This document shows, one piece after another, positions 13,887 to 27,909 of a DNA stretch of 64,000 nucleotides. Every line of letters starts with the position of its first letter. Position 1 is the stretch's first letter. Below the pieces are notes generated by a model. The model was given only the letters and a program-made list of their open reading frames with translations. It ran no database searches and was not told the DNA's origin. This DNA comes from Octopus sinensis. Its lineage: Eukaryota. The stretch lies in contig NC_043024.1 of the NCBI RefSeq assembly GCF_006345805.1, forward strand, positions 13,826,001-13,890,000, written 5' to 3'. The position numbers and the translations under genes were made by a program.

Positions 13887-14231
13887 AATCTGTCTCACTC
13901 TCTTTATCCCTTCTCTATATACAAATACAAACACATATATACATATCTATGTGTCTGCGTGCGAGTGTGTACACGTAAATATTTTTATATATGTATATAT
14001 GCACATATACGCATTGAAATTCAATGCATTATGCGGCATACGGAGGACAAAATTAAAAAAAAAAGTATTTAGTATTCCAGGTACATTCACACGCATGCGC
14101 ACCTTCGAAGACGAACACATACTGACGCATGACGCAGATACACATGGAGAACTTTGCGGAACGTGGGGTATAAATACATATATCTGATATATATATATAT
14201 ATAACGTATAATAATTATATATATATATATC

Positions 14232-14269
<38 letters not shown>

Positions 14270-14512
14270 AGGTATATATATATGTATGTATATGTATATA
14301 TATATTTATATATCTATTTATATATATATATTTATATAAATATATACATATTATATGTATATGTATGTATATATATATAAATCTATATATATATATATAT
14401 ATAGGCTGATTGTGATTTAATTATATACCTATGTATATTATATATATATATATATATAATATATATAATATTACATACATCTGTCTATATCTGTGCATAT
14501 GTGTATAAATTA

Positions 14513-14544
<32 letters not shown>

Positions 14545-15394
14545 TTACCATCATCATCATCATCATCATTACGGCTGAACTTATACTTTTGACTGTGGTG
14601 TGTGCGTGTGCGTACATGTGTGTGTATGTGTGTGTGTGTGTATTTGTGATTTTTGCCTTGTATATGTTTTTTTTCGGTTCTTATTCCATAGAATGAAGAC
14701 TCCGACATGCCAGACAGACCGCAAGAGAAATAGAAAAGCCAGTATAAAGAAACATAGTTGGCGGTGCTGTTGCTGGTGGTGGTCGTGGTGGAGGTGGTGA
14801 TCGTGGACGTGGTAGCAATTCTAACGTAGGAGGAGTGGGAGAGTGGTGAAAGTAGAGTAGTGGGAAGAGTTGAGAAATGTTGACGTGTGTTCTGGAATGC
14901 TATATATGTATATGTTTTCACACACATACACACACACACACACACATTAAATGTATATATACACATATATGAATATATGTACTACGTATTACATACATAC
15001 ATATAATATATATATAAGCATATGGGTGTAAATATACACACATATACATAGAGACATACACTCCACGTGTGTATATATATTATGATATATATATATATAT
15101 ATACACACGTGTGAGTGTATGTCTCTATGTATATGTGTGTATATTTACACCCATGTGCTTATATATATATATATATGTATGTATGTAATACGTAGTACAT
15201 ATATTCATATGTGTGTATATATACATTTAATATATATATATATGCATACTGTGTGTGTGTTTGTGTGTGTGCGTGAGTTTATGTATGTGTATGTGTGTAT
15301 ATTTACACACATGCACATATATATATATATTTATATATATGTATGAAGGTATATACATTTAAGTATACACATGTATGCGTATAATTCCTGTAAG

Positions 15395-15430
<36 letters not shown>

Positions 15431-15879
15431 CTTACAGGAATTTATACGCATACATGCATATACTTAGATGTATATACCTTCATTCATATATATATCTATA
15501 TACATTTAATATATATATACATATGTGTGTGTGCATATAGTGTCTGTGTGTGTGTGTTTCTCTAAAATATATGTTGCATTTTGTGATTTGAGTTAATTAT
15601 TTCAATTTCTATGTTTAGCAATATTACATCAGCGTCATAGCCTGAAGTAAAAGTGAAAGTTCTGCAAAATTTGCAAGTAAATTCAACGCCTACTGCAAAA
15701 GAAAAACAAATAATAAACACCTTCAAAAAACATTTAAAAAAAAAAAAAAATTAAGACAAATAAAAATTGTTAGCAAATGTAAGGGAAATAAATATAGAAC
15801 TATACAAATCAATATTTAAAAAATATATATATAAAATTATAAGGAACAAACTTAAAAATTATGATTTGCATACGAAGTT

Positions 15880-15916
15880 AATGATGAGTATGATGATGAT
15901 GAAGATGATGATGATG

Positions 15917-15947
<31 letters not shown>

Positions 15948-16244
15948 CGATGATGATGAGGACGATGATGATGATGGCAGCGATGATGGGGATCATGCAG
16001 ATAATGCTGGTGATGATGTTGATGATAGTAGTAATGATAATAATGATGATAATAATAGCAAAATAATAACGTTGATGATAATAATAACAATACTACTGCT
16101 ACTATTACGATTACTACTACTACTACTACTACTAGCAATGATAATACTAATAATAATAATAATAATGATGATGATTATAATGATAATAATAATAGTAATA
16201 ATAATTATAATTCTTCTTATTATTATTATAATTATTAATATTAA

Positions 16245-16331
<87 letters not shown>

Positions 16332-16763
16332 CAGCAGTAGCAGCAACAGCAGTTGAAGTCATAGTGGTAGAATTAGTTGTAAGAAATGAAGAAACGTAAT
16401 TACAAAAATGGTCAGAATAGTAAAAGTAACAGGAATCTTTATAAAAATGAATATTTTCGAAGATAAAAACACTGTCAATGCTAATGATGATGATGATGGT
16501 GATGATGATGATGCAAAATGATAATAGCAATAATAATAAATAATAAGAAGAAGAAGAGGAAGAAGAGAAGAAGAAGAAGAAGAAGAAAAAGAAGCTGATA
16601 ATTAAGTAGTGGTAGTACTGGTGGTGGTGATGGTGGTTGTGATAGTAGTAGTAGTAGTAGAACTGTTGGTGGTGGTGGTGGTGGTTGTGATAGTAGTAGT
16701 AGTAGTATTAGTAGTGGTTGTGGCGAAGGTGGCGGTGGTGGTTGTGGTTGTAGTAGTAGTAGC

Positions 16764-16795
<32 letters not shown>

Positions 16796-16796
16796 C

Positions 16797-16827
<31 letters not shown>

Positions 16828-17040
16828 GAAGATGACGAAGAAGAAGAAGAAGAAGAGAGAAAAAGAAAAAAGAAGGAGAAGAAGAAGAAGAAGGAGAAAT
16901 AAGAAGAAGAGAAGAAGAATGAGAAGAATGATAAGAAGAAGAAGAGAAGAAAGAATAAGAAAGAAGAAGAAGAAGAAGAAGAAGAAGAAGAAGAAGAAGA
17001 AGGAGAAGAATGAGAAGAAGAAGAAGTCATTAATAATGCT
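15880..17040. repeat. Compound trinucleotide microsatellite block (GAT/TAA/TAC/TAG/GGT/GAA)
   Basis: Direct inspection. Confidence 0.95.
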
Positions 17041-17589
17041 GACGCAGCAAAACAGAAAGAACGAAGATGAAAAATGGTTGAATAATTCTTATTCTTTTTG
17101 AATTTCTTTCTGTAGAATTGAAATTGTTTGAGAGTCAACTTTAGAGATGAACATTCGTCACATTTTCGCCTTTTGGCGCCAAACTGAGGAATCCATGATG
17201 AGAGGAATAATGGAAGAGATCGCAAGCGGCAAGACAATAGGTGTGTTCTGTTAGAGGAATGGCTGCAACAAAACTCATCAAATTAACTTACATTGTATAT
17301 GAGAGTCTATTAAATTCATTGGTGGCCACCACGCCTGAAGCATTGAATCTTCTTCTTGCAATTGCCGTCATCGCCATCCTCCGTGTCATCATCGTAGCGT
17401 TTATAATTAACCTTTTCATCGTCATCGCTGTCATCGTGATGACGATCGGCTTCGCAACCGGTAGCCGCAGTTGCAGCAGTAGCAGCAGCAGGGTCGTTCT
17501 CGACGTGGTGGTCATCATCATGCTCCCCCGCTTCGAACATCATTCACCTCGCAATCAGACTCAGGGTCATAAAACGTACAGCAGTATCG

Positions 17590-18068
17590 CCGTCGTAGTC
17601 GTAGTCGTTGTCGTTGTCATCACCTTCGTCCACCACCATCCCCCTCCACCCCCGCCACCTCCTCCACCGCATCGTCGTCGTCATCATCATCATCATCAAT
17701 TTCACCACCACCATCACCATCATCACCCTCATCATCATCATCACCATCATCATCATCACCACCATCATCATTTATCATAATCATCTTCATCATCATCATC
17801 GTTATCATCATCATCATCACCATCACCATCATCATCACCATAATCATCTTCATCATCATCATCATCATCACCATCATCTCCATCATCATCATCACCATCA
17901 CCATCATCATAATCATCTTCATCATCATCATCATCATCATCATCAATATCACCACCACCATTATCATCATCACCATCACCATCATCATCATAATCATCTC
18001 CATCATCCTCGTCAGCATCATCTTCATCATCATCATCATCGTCACCATCATCATCATCATCATCATCG

Positions 18069-18100
<32 letters not shown>

Positions 18101-18365
18101 GTCATCATCATCATCACCATCACCATCACCATCATCATCATCATAATCATATTCATCATCACCACCATCACATCATCATAATCATCACCACCACCACCAC
18201 CATCATCATAATCATCATCACCATCACCACCATCATCGTCATCATCATCAACACCACCATCACCACCACCACCACCACCATTATCATCATCATCGCCATC
18301 ATCGTCATCACAATCATCATCATCACCATCACCATCACCACCATCATCGCCATCATCATCATTCG
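17590..18365. repeat. (CAT/CAC)n-rich array with internal higher-order repeats
   Basis: Direct inspection; source of the 264-aa poly-His and poly-Met/Asp ORFs. Confidence 0.95.
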
Positions 18366-18630
18366 TACATTCATAACAGACAGCAAAATCAGCACTACCT
18401 GAATTTCGCCTCACGGTTCTCTTTGCCTTTAATCCGTTTCATCGTTGTTGTGGTTCTGATTGTTCGTGTTCTTCCTAATTCCGTTCAGTCACCATTGACT
18501 TTAATCACATTCGTAAACGCCCAACATTATTTCTTTCTTCCGGTTTTCAACCTAAACCGAAACACTCCTACTGGCGTACATGACTCTCCCCTTGTCTCTC
18601 ACACATATTCTCGCGTTTCCATGCATATAT

Positions 18631-18779
18631 GGCGCAGGAGTGGCTGTGTGGTAAGTAGCTTGCTTACAAACCACATGCTATCTACATGCCACCTTGGATA
18701 AGTGTTTTCCAACATAACCTCGGTACCACCAAATAGTTAGGAGTGGAATTCGTAGAGGGAAACCGAAGGAAGCCTCTCG

Positions 18780-18811
<32 letters not shown>

Positions 18812-19057
18812 GGTGAGAAAGTTGGTGTGTGAAAGCACGTGGTTGGATATATACAAAATAGAAAAGAGTGAAAAAAACTACAGAAGGCTTTATAACATTC
18901 TTCTATAACATTCTTCTATAACATTTTTCTAACATAACGACTTAAATATATTCTTTAATCTTTAACACAAGCCTTCTGTAGTTCTTTTCACTCTTTTCTA
19001 TTTTCTATAATATATATATATATTATATATATATATATTTATTTATATATATATATA

Positions 19058-19109
<52 letters not shown>

Positions 19110-19325
19110 TATAAGTGTGTATGTGTGCATTTGTGTTGCCCCAAAAATCCCTTGACAACCGATGGCGGTGTGTTTACGTCCTGTATCTTGGTGCTGCGAC
19201 GAAAGAGAAGGACAGAATAATAGGCTTACAAACAACAAGTCCTTGGGGCGATTCCTAGGTGTAAAAGCCAGTGCTCCAGCACGGCCCCAGTGAAACGACT
19301 GAAACAAATAGAAAAATAAAAGAAA
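18631..19325 (+). mobile_element. Family A SINE split at its internal TA microsatellite by a fold-back insertion
   Basis: Head ggcgcaggagtggctgtgtggtaag at 18631; tail ccttgacaaccgatggcggtgtgtttacgtcc..gctccagcacggcc at 19110-19325. Confidence 0.7.
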
Positions 19326-19647
19326 AGAATATATACGTACATAAATACACATATATGTATATATATATATAAGTATGTATAAATATGTAAATACATACAT
19401 ATATATACCTATAAATATACATACATACATACATATATAGTATATACACTTTTATATGTATATATAAATGTACATGTATCGTACTTGTGAATCAATATAT
19501 ATAATATATATAACTCATATATCAATATATATACATATAAATATTATATATATGTATATAGATATATATACAAATATTATATATATATATAAATTATATA
19601 TATATATTTATGTATATATGCAATCATATGATATACATATATATATA

Positions 19648-19703
<56 letters not shown>

Positions 19704-20274
19704 TATATATATTAACCAATTATAGATAATTTGAAAAAAATTCCGCGATGAAACGGATATCATGTTGCGTAACACTTGCAAGCCTACACGTGTTTGTATA
19801 TTTAGTTAGTATTTAGTTTTTTTTTTTAGTGGGTTGATATATAACGTTGATCAGGTTTTGGGAAAACTTTTTACATTTATTTAGAGAATTATGTTTCACC
19901 TGAAATATTGAAATTAGAAATTTAAATGGATAATAAATAGTAAGTACGTCTGAAATGGATAAAAACACTACTTTTATACATATATATATATTTATATATT
20001 CATATATATGTAATCACACCACACACACACATATACACACACCCAACACATATAATATATATATATTATATATATATCTATATATATATATATTCATATA
20101 TATATTAATATATTTATACTATATGTACTTATATATATATATGTATATGTATGTTACATGTATATTCTATCTAAATATATATATAAATATATATATACAC
20201 ACACACACAAACGCAGACTCACACTATACAAATACACGCATAGTTTAGGCATTTGTCACCACACCTAATGCTCA

Positions 20275-20340
20275 CGGGCATTGCGTAGTGCACGGGATAC
20301 TAACCCAAAATCCCGAGTTCGATTCCAGGCAGTGACATGA
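20275..20340 (+). mobile_element. tRNA-derived SINE head
   Basis: B-box GTTCGATTCC at 20317-20326 and A-box-like ggcattgcgtagtg, followed by (TAA)n. Confidence 0.6.
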
Positions 20341-20455
20341 ATAATAATAATAATATAATAATAATAAAAAATAATAATAATAATAATATAATCTAATAAT
20401 AATAACAATGATAACAATAATATATAATAATAATAATTATTATTAATTATTATTT

Positions 20456-21355
20456 ATAATGGCTAATATAATAGCCCATCAATGGCTATTGGCATCTGGC
20501 TTAAAATCTGAAACAGAGGGGTTTATCATAGCAGCTCAAGATCAATGCCTACCAACAAGAAACTACCAGGACCAGGCCAACATATTAAAGAAGGCATTAG
20601 CCCAACAGTCGTGTATGCCGACACAAATGAACCATTGATCATGTTCTCTAAATGCAGTCTTCTAGCGCCTACAGAGTACCTCAACAGGCATGATAGAGCT
20701 GCACAATATAAAAACCTGGATTTGCCCCATGAAAAAAACTGGTGGGAACATAATCCACCTCCAGCGCTTGAAAATGACTACATCTCACTCCTCTGGAACT
20801 TCACCATTCAAACTGACAGGAAGATAGATGCAAATAGGCCAGACATTATATTGAAAGACTTCAGACAAAGAACATGCCTCCTCATTGATATGACTGTCCC
20901 AATCGATATAAATGTATCTGTCAAGACCTACCAAAAACTGAGCAAATATAAAGATCTTGAAATAGAAATCAGCAAAATATGGAAGCTGAAGACTAAAACA
21001 ATACCTGTTGTCATAGGTGCCCTGTGAATGTTAGCGAAAGGGACTGATCGCTACCTAACTCAGATACCAGGAAACCCCAAAATGGCAGAAATTCAAAAGA
21101 TAGTGCTCATGGGAACTGCTCATATCCTACGCGAAATACTCTCTATGTAATCCCAAGGTTTAAAACAAAAGTTTTATTTATTTATTTATTTATTTTTTTA
21201 TTTAAAATTTTATTTTTATGTATTAGACATTCACTAGTACAACTCCAAAAAAAAAAACCAATATATGGCACAGAACTTCCAACCTGTTGTCTCTTGAGGT
21301 CTCTTGGTGAGACTTGGGGCCAACTTGTACAGACATAAAGCAAAAGTCAAACATA

Positions 21356-21357
<2 letters not shown>
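20456..21357 (+). mobile_element. R4/Dong-like LINE, 5'-truncated 3' end (CCHC finger, restriction-like endonuclease, 3' UTR)
   Basis: Translation LKSETEGFIIAAQDQ..RHDRAAQ..LLWNFTIQTDRKIDANRPDIILKD..LLIDMTVP..KLSKYKDLEIEISKIW..IPVVIGAL..GTAHILRE. Flanked by (TAA)n on both sides. Confidence 0.9.
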
Positions 21358-21436
<79 letters not shown>

Positions 21437-21493
21437 TGATAATAAAATGGGAAAATACCTTACGAATGAGAGCCCAGATTCGAAATTTTCCAA

Positions 21494-21539
21494 GACACCT
21501 GATGAAATCTGGAGGTTAGATCATCTGAAACGTTGTCTT
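21494..21539 (+). ncRNA. Degenerate minimal hammerhead-like motif (probably inactive)
   Basis: GACAC-CTGATGA (21499-21505)...GAAAC (21527-21531)-GTT-GTCTT. Stem I has one mismatch and stem II pairs poorly. Confidence 0.4.
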
Positions 21540-22677
21540 AACCACAAACAAGATTAGGACAAATATCCGTCAAATGTGAATAATGGAAATAATTGCTAAT
21601 TTCTTAAATATAGAACTGTACTTATGAAAATATTTCTTGGCCATTTGTTGAAGAGTTTGGGTGTTGAGGTATTCTACAACAAATAACGTTAACTATGTCA
21701 CTACAAATCTTAACAGCGACTGTTAAATCAGAGATTACAAGCGTGTGTTGCGCATGATCCAACGAACAGCCTTAGACAAGCTATTTGGTAATTTCGAAAT
21801 GACATAATGGAACCATGTTATGATGATCTTTATATTCTTGCAGCAAAACAGAAATATGAATGCATATAAAACGTTGTACCTTATTTTGGCCTGCAAGTCA
21901 TACAGCGCTGATATCAGATTTTATCAGGAATTAAATTTATCGATGCACCAAAATGAAAAAAAAAACCAAGCTGAAAAAAAGTTAGCTCCGGTAAAAAAGA
22001 ACAAAAAACACATACATTAAATAACTACATGAAAACAAAAATAGTAAATTCGAAATATTAGAAGAAGGTGAAACATTTTGTTCGATTTGTTTGCTTCTGG
22101 AACATTCTGTTACCGATCTCGATATTATGTAAGGAAAATTAGGTGTATGATAATATATGAAGCAAAATCTTAAAGGTTTTCCGGTTCAGAAATAATTAGA
22201 AAATTATATTTATACCTATTCTGCACGAGAATTTAAGAATTATCTCTCATGTTTGAGCATTTTCTTCTAAGGCGAAAAAATATAATCATTGCTCTTAGCA
22301 ACACAGCTGTCAAATGCATGGGTATTTTTTAAAATTTATTTATCTGAAAACAGCATGAATGTTTCCTCTACAATCATTGAACAAATTCTAAATTATGCAT
22401 TCTACATTTATAATCATTTTAATGTTTAGCGCAGTGTGCTGGCACAATCGCTAGCGAATCGAACACGATTTTTTTTTGTTTTAAAGTTCTGAGTTCAAAT
22501 CTTGTTATGGTCAACTTTGTCTTTCATACATTCGACTAGCCGCCTATACAGTCCTGCTTCTACTAGAATCGATTCGCTAGCGATTGTGCCAGCACACTGC
22601 GCTAAACATTAAATAATTATAAATGGCATTATAAATGGCATTGGAATGTTTTTTCTTTTCCCCTTGTTTATAGTTAG

Positions 22678-22714
<37 letters not shown>

Positions 22715-23494
22715 ATTATATATATATAATAATATATATATTATATATATATATATACCCCTTTAAATCATTAGTAAAACACCTGACCATTGATTGGATG
22801 TCACCTGATGCGACAGGGTGGTCTGAGGATGTCTGTTTCACGTTTCACATCGTTTGAGAGACAGGATTTATCTGATGAGCACTTTATCGAGAAGCGACAA
22901 TTACGTATTGAAACGTGGGAGCGTGGTTGCCTTTGTTTAAGCATTTAATGTTCAAAGCATTATACGAGACAGAAAACTTCAGGTTCAGTCGTTTTAAAGA
23001 GTTCATGAAAGCTACAGATTCTTGGGAAATGCACTTCAATTAGCATGGGGGATCTCCTAAATATAGGAATGGAAGATAAAGCCAAATCAACTGATTTTCT
23101 CTGCCTAAGAAATAGGAATATCGAGCGATGAGGAGGTAGGTCAAACTGTGACGTAATACATTCATTTACGGACGTATGCGCTAGTGTCAGTTTGTGTGTG
23201 GTCTTGTGTGAGCGCATACAGGTTGATATTCATTTATGTATACATAAATTCAATCGAATATATGAATGTATATGTATGTGTATGCATAATTGTATGTATG
23301 ATGGATGTATATATATACTTACACATTTATTAATATATATAGATATATAGGTATATATATGTGTGTATATTTATATATAAATATATATCGTTAATTCTGT
23401 ACATATACACGTATTCATACGTATCCATATGTTTTTTTTTTCGGTTGTTTCAGCTCAAAGCTGCGGCCATGCTGATGCACCGCCGTTTTGCGCT

Positions 23495-23530
<36 letters not shown>

Positions 23531-23582
23531 TCACGCACACACACACACACACACACACCCACATATATATAATATATAATAA

Positions 23583-23615
<33 letters not shown>

Positions 23616-24168
23616 TATATACACACACACATATATATATATATATTTGATATCACATTATATTATAGACACGTAATCTAGTGCTTTACGAGTATAAGTG
23701 AAGAATCCATTTTTTTTTCTTCATTCCACTAGAAATACGCTAGAAATCTTTAATGACTGCAGTAAACTAGTTTAATTAATTAGAAAGATGTGTCTATTTT
23801 GTTAGAAGCAAATTTTTACCATATTTTTCTTTTCTTCAAACATAACCTTCCATAGCTTCTCATTCAAACGTTCTCTCATTCCGTTATTCCATTACTCGCT
23901 CTCGCTTTCTCCTTATCTTTATATTATATCACGTCCGTATAATCTAAAAGTGAACATGGTTGTCTGTTGTTTTGTTTTGTTTTGTTTTGGATTCAACATA
24001 TCTCCAGGACATTAAACTAACTTGTTTATTTCTCAAAACACACATCAATGGAGAATTTGAAGTGAGAAATTTGAAAAAAAAAAGAAAACTGTAATTATAT
24101 TTCTTAAAAAAATTTACAAAATTTCATGTTCTTCCTAATTAGTTGTAGGTACGCCTGTTTGCGAGTTG

Positions 24169-24203
<35 letters not shown>

Positions 24204-24574
24204 TTATGTATATATATATGTGTCTATATATGTATATTTTATATATATATACATGCATACACTGTTTCTTTGTACATGAGTGATAATTGCATATATATAT
24301 ATATATATATATATATGCGTGTGTGAGTGTGGGTGTGGGTGGGTGGGTGATTGGGTGTGTTTGTTTCCATGGTGTTCGTATGCCCGTGTAGTGCGGACCA
24401 TGTTCAATATAGCTTAAACATTGTTTTACTTGTCCGAATGCGTCTTAGTTCAACAAGCTAAAGAAACGAATTGTTATGAAACTAATCAATGTTTGTACAG
24501 TTTTATTCGTGTTGTTAAACTCCGATCTCTGCAAAACAAAACTTATCCCCACTGGTTCACTTTGCACTCCCGAT

Positions 24575-24674
24575 NNNNNNNNNNNNNNNNNNNNNNNNNN
24601 NNNNNNNNNNNNNNNNNNNNNNNNNNNNNNNNNNNNNNNNNNNNNNNNNNNNNNNNNNNNNNNNNNNNNNNNNN
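24575..24674. other. Assembly gap (100 N)
   Basis: Run of N. Confidence 1.
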
Positions 24675-24819
24675 GTGTTGGTGATATTGCTGTTGATGAT
24701 GACGATGGTGATGATGATGATGCTGTTGTCGGTGTCTTCAATGGCTCCGTGGTTGGGGACATGTCGGGTGGGCGGGTTCGGCCTACTGGTAATAATCTTA
24801 GGGATTAGCAATATCTTAC

Positions 24820-24866
24820 AGTTTTGGACAATGGAATTAAATGAAGATTTCTCCTTGGAAGTGGCC
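24820..24866 (-). CDS. Candidate 47-nt internal exon, product unknown
   Basis: Minus strand ttttcgttctttttcttcacgcag|GGCCAC...AAAACT|gtaaga; two of three frames open (ATSKEKSSFNSIVQN or PLPRRNLHLIPLSKT). Confidence 0.3.
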
Positions 24867-26394
24867 CTGCGTGAAGAAAAAGAACGAAAACGGATGAGTG
24901 TCGTCGACGTGAAAGATGTTGGGGGGGAGCGACGGTGGGAAGGAAGCGATGGGGAAGAAGGCAGCATTTCCCATTAGCGCCAAGAGTCAATAGAGAAGAT
25001 TAACCATAATATTCCGTTAGATGTTTGGTAAGGGAGAACTAGAAAGAAATAGAAACGCATGTGCAATTCAATCGTGTATCCATATTAGGTTATTGACCAA
25101 TAAACCATTAATTGCTGTACAAGGTTTCAATCCAATAAATGCCACCACCACAGAATGGCAGTGTATATATTATACACAGATGTATATGTACGTGAATGTA
25201 TACACACATACATATATGTATATATATATATATTATATATATTATACCTACAAACATGTATATTTGCGTGAATGTATATATATATAAATATAATATATAT
25301 ATATATACGTACAAACATGTATATTTGCGTGAATGTATATATATATATATATATGCATATATATGTATATATACATGCTTTTATACATTTGTGCATATGC
25401 GTGTGAATAAGTATATATATGATTAAGTATAAATGTATGCATCCCTATATATGTGTGTATATGTGCGTGCGCCTATATATATGCTTCAGATATCTGCGTA
25501 TAAATGTATGTATATGTATGTGTTCATGTATACCTGTTTGCATTCGTACATATGTGTATATGTGTGTGAATATATCTGTATGTATTCATATGTTTACCTG
25601 TGTGTGTGTGTGTGTGAATATAAATGTAAGTGTTCAAGTATATGTGTATATGCGTGCGAACGTATAAGAATATATTCATGTATTTGCGTATATGTGTGTG
25701 TATATATATACATGCGTATGTATTCATATGTATGTGTTTGCATGTGTCAATACATATGTGACCATATGTATATATTAACATCACGAACATACAGCTGTGA
25801 AGACATGTATAATTATACATACTTGCGTGAGGGGGGGGTGCGTGGGTGAGTATACGAGTTTGTGTATGCGCATGCGTGTTGCACAATGTAATATAAATAT
25901 TATATAACTCAGATCTATAAATGCATATGTATATCGATTGTATCAATCAATCAATCAATCAATCCGTCTAGCTACCTCTCTCTCTCACTGTGTATATGTG
26001 TGTATATGCATATATACGTGCATATACACAATATATACATATATATATGAAGACATATATATATATATATATATATAATATATATATATATACATATATA
26101 TATATACACACATATATATTTACATAATTATTATATGTACACACATATATATATATACATACATACATATATATATATATATTATTATATATATATATAT
26201 ATTTATACGTATATATATACATACAAACATACATACAATTAATTTAAAACATAAACAGATGAGTAGACACTCACACACTCACGAATATGTTTAGACACAC
26301 ACAAACTATAGCACACGCAGTCATTCTTATAGATTTATAGATGAAGGCATAGAATTGTAATGTAATTATATAATAATATATATGTATATATATA

Positions 26395-26433
<39 letters not shown>

Positions 26434-26761
26434 TTATATATAGTATAAATATAGATATATATATATATATATGCATGTACTTATGTATATGCTATATGTA
26501 TATGTATGTGAGTATACGTATGCTAGTGTACATATGGTATGTATTATATATATATCTATATATATATATATGTATTCATTAGTTTCTCGGTTCCTTTGCA
26601 TGTATACATAGGTGTAATTGTTTTGATGTGTGTGTGTATACATATATGTAAGTGTGTGTATGTGTGTGTGTATGTGTTTGCCTGTGTGTGTGTGTGTCTT
26701 TGTGTATAGCAATGCAAGCTTCTGGCAGATACACAGACCGATGCGTAAGAAGCACATTAAT

Positions 26762-26990
26762 CAAGAAGAAGAGAAGAGAAGGGAAGAAGAAGAAGGAAGA
26801 AGAAGAAGAAGAAGAAGAAGAAGAAGAAGAGAAGAAGAAAAGAAGAAGAAGAAGAAGAGAAGAAGAAGAAGAAAGACGAAGAAGAAGAAGAAGAAAGAAG
26901 AAGAAGAGAAGAAGAAGAAGAAGAAGAAGAAGAAGAAGAAGAAGAAGAAGAAGAAGAAGAAGAAGAAGAAGAAGAGGAGGAGAGGAGGAA
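26762..26990. repeat. (GAA)n microsatellite
   Basis: Direct inspection. Confidence 0.95.
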
Positions 26991-27507
26991 TTAAGAACAT
27001 ATGAATGGTTATTACTGCTGATCTAATCAAAGATGAAGATATTTAAGTTCCAAAGGCAGCAGAAAGATGAAAAAGTTTTTCTTTGAGCGAAGGTAGAGAA
27101 ATCCGCCGAAAGCTGAATGCTGGTTATTGTGCGTCCAATCAAACTTTGATAATGAGATGACATTAGAATGGGTTTCACTGAAATAAACTTCTGAACCTGC
27201 ATGGCGATATATCAGACAAGAAGACAGTCGTATGCAGCACGAGAAATATAATCATTACGAATCTGGTTTGAATCAGCCACGATAAATTACTTATTTATCG
27301 GAATTTTCTTCCTTAAAGCAGTTTCTTTTCACACATGAATCTGTGTTAAATTTGCGTTTCATCAAATATTCTTTGAAAATATAGTGCTTTGCTCAAATAC
27401 ACCCAGAGATGGACAGAGAGGGACAAACACATAAACAAGATCACACAGGCACTTTATTGCATATATGTATGATATATAATATGTATATATATAATATATA
27501 TATATAT

Positions 27508-27549
<42 letters not shown>

Positions 27550-27804
27550 GCATATACTCATGGTACATATGTATGTGTGTGTAGAATTATATACATAGGT
27601 GTGCACACATGTGTATGTATATGTGATGTGTGTGTGAGTATAATATAGAGATATACATACACATATAAGCGTGTGTATGGAAGTATTATATATGTATATA
27701 TATAAGTATAGTATATATCTATCTCTGTTCACATATATCTCCACACACACATATATGTATGTATATATATAAATATATATATACATGAACATATATATAT
27801 TATA

Positions 27805-27852
<48 letters not shown>

Positions 27853-27860
27853 ATATACAC

Positions 27861-27909
<49 letters not shown>

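Noticed and set aside
17115-17240. Plus-strand exon-like segment (MNIRHIFAFWRQTEESMMRG..)
   Set aside because: All frames from the acceptor hit stops; weak donor; no recognisable product.
17608-18414. 264-aa poly-His and poly-Met/Asp ORFs
   Set aside because: Direct translations of a (CAT)n array open on both strands; no splice or domain evidence.
20275-20340. tRNA gene, also considered for other A/B-box heads
   Set aside because: No complete cloverleaf; all are SINE heads.
22800-22930. CTGATGAG..GAAACGTG motif
   Set aside because: No pairing for stems I or II; at most a decayed relic.
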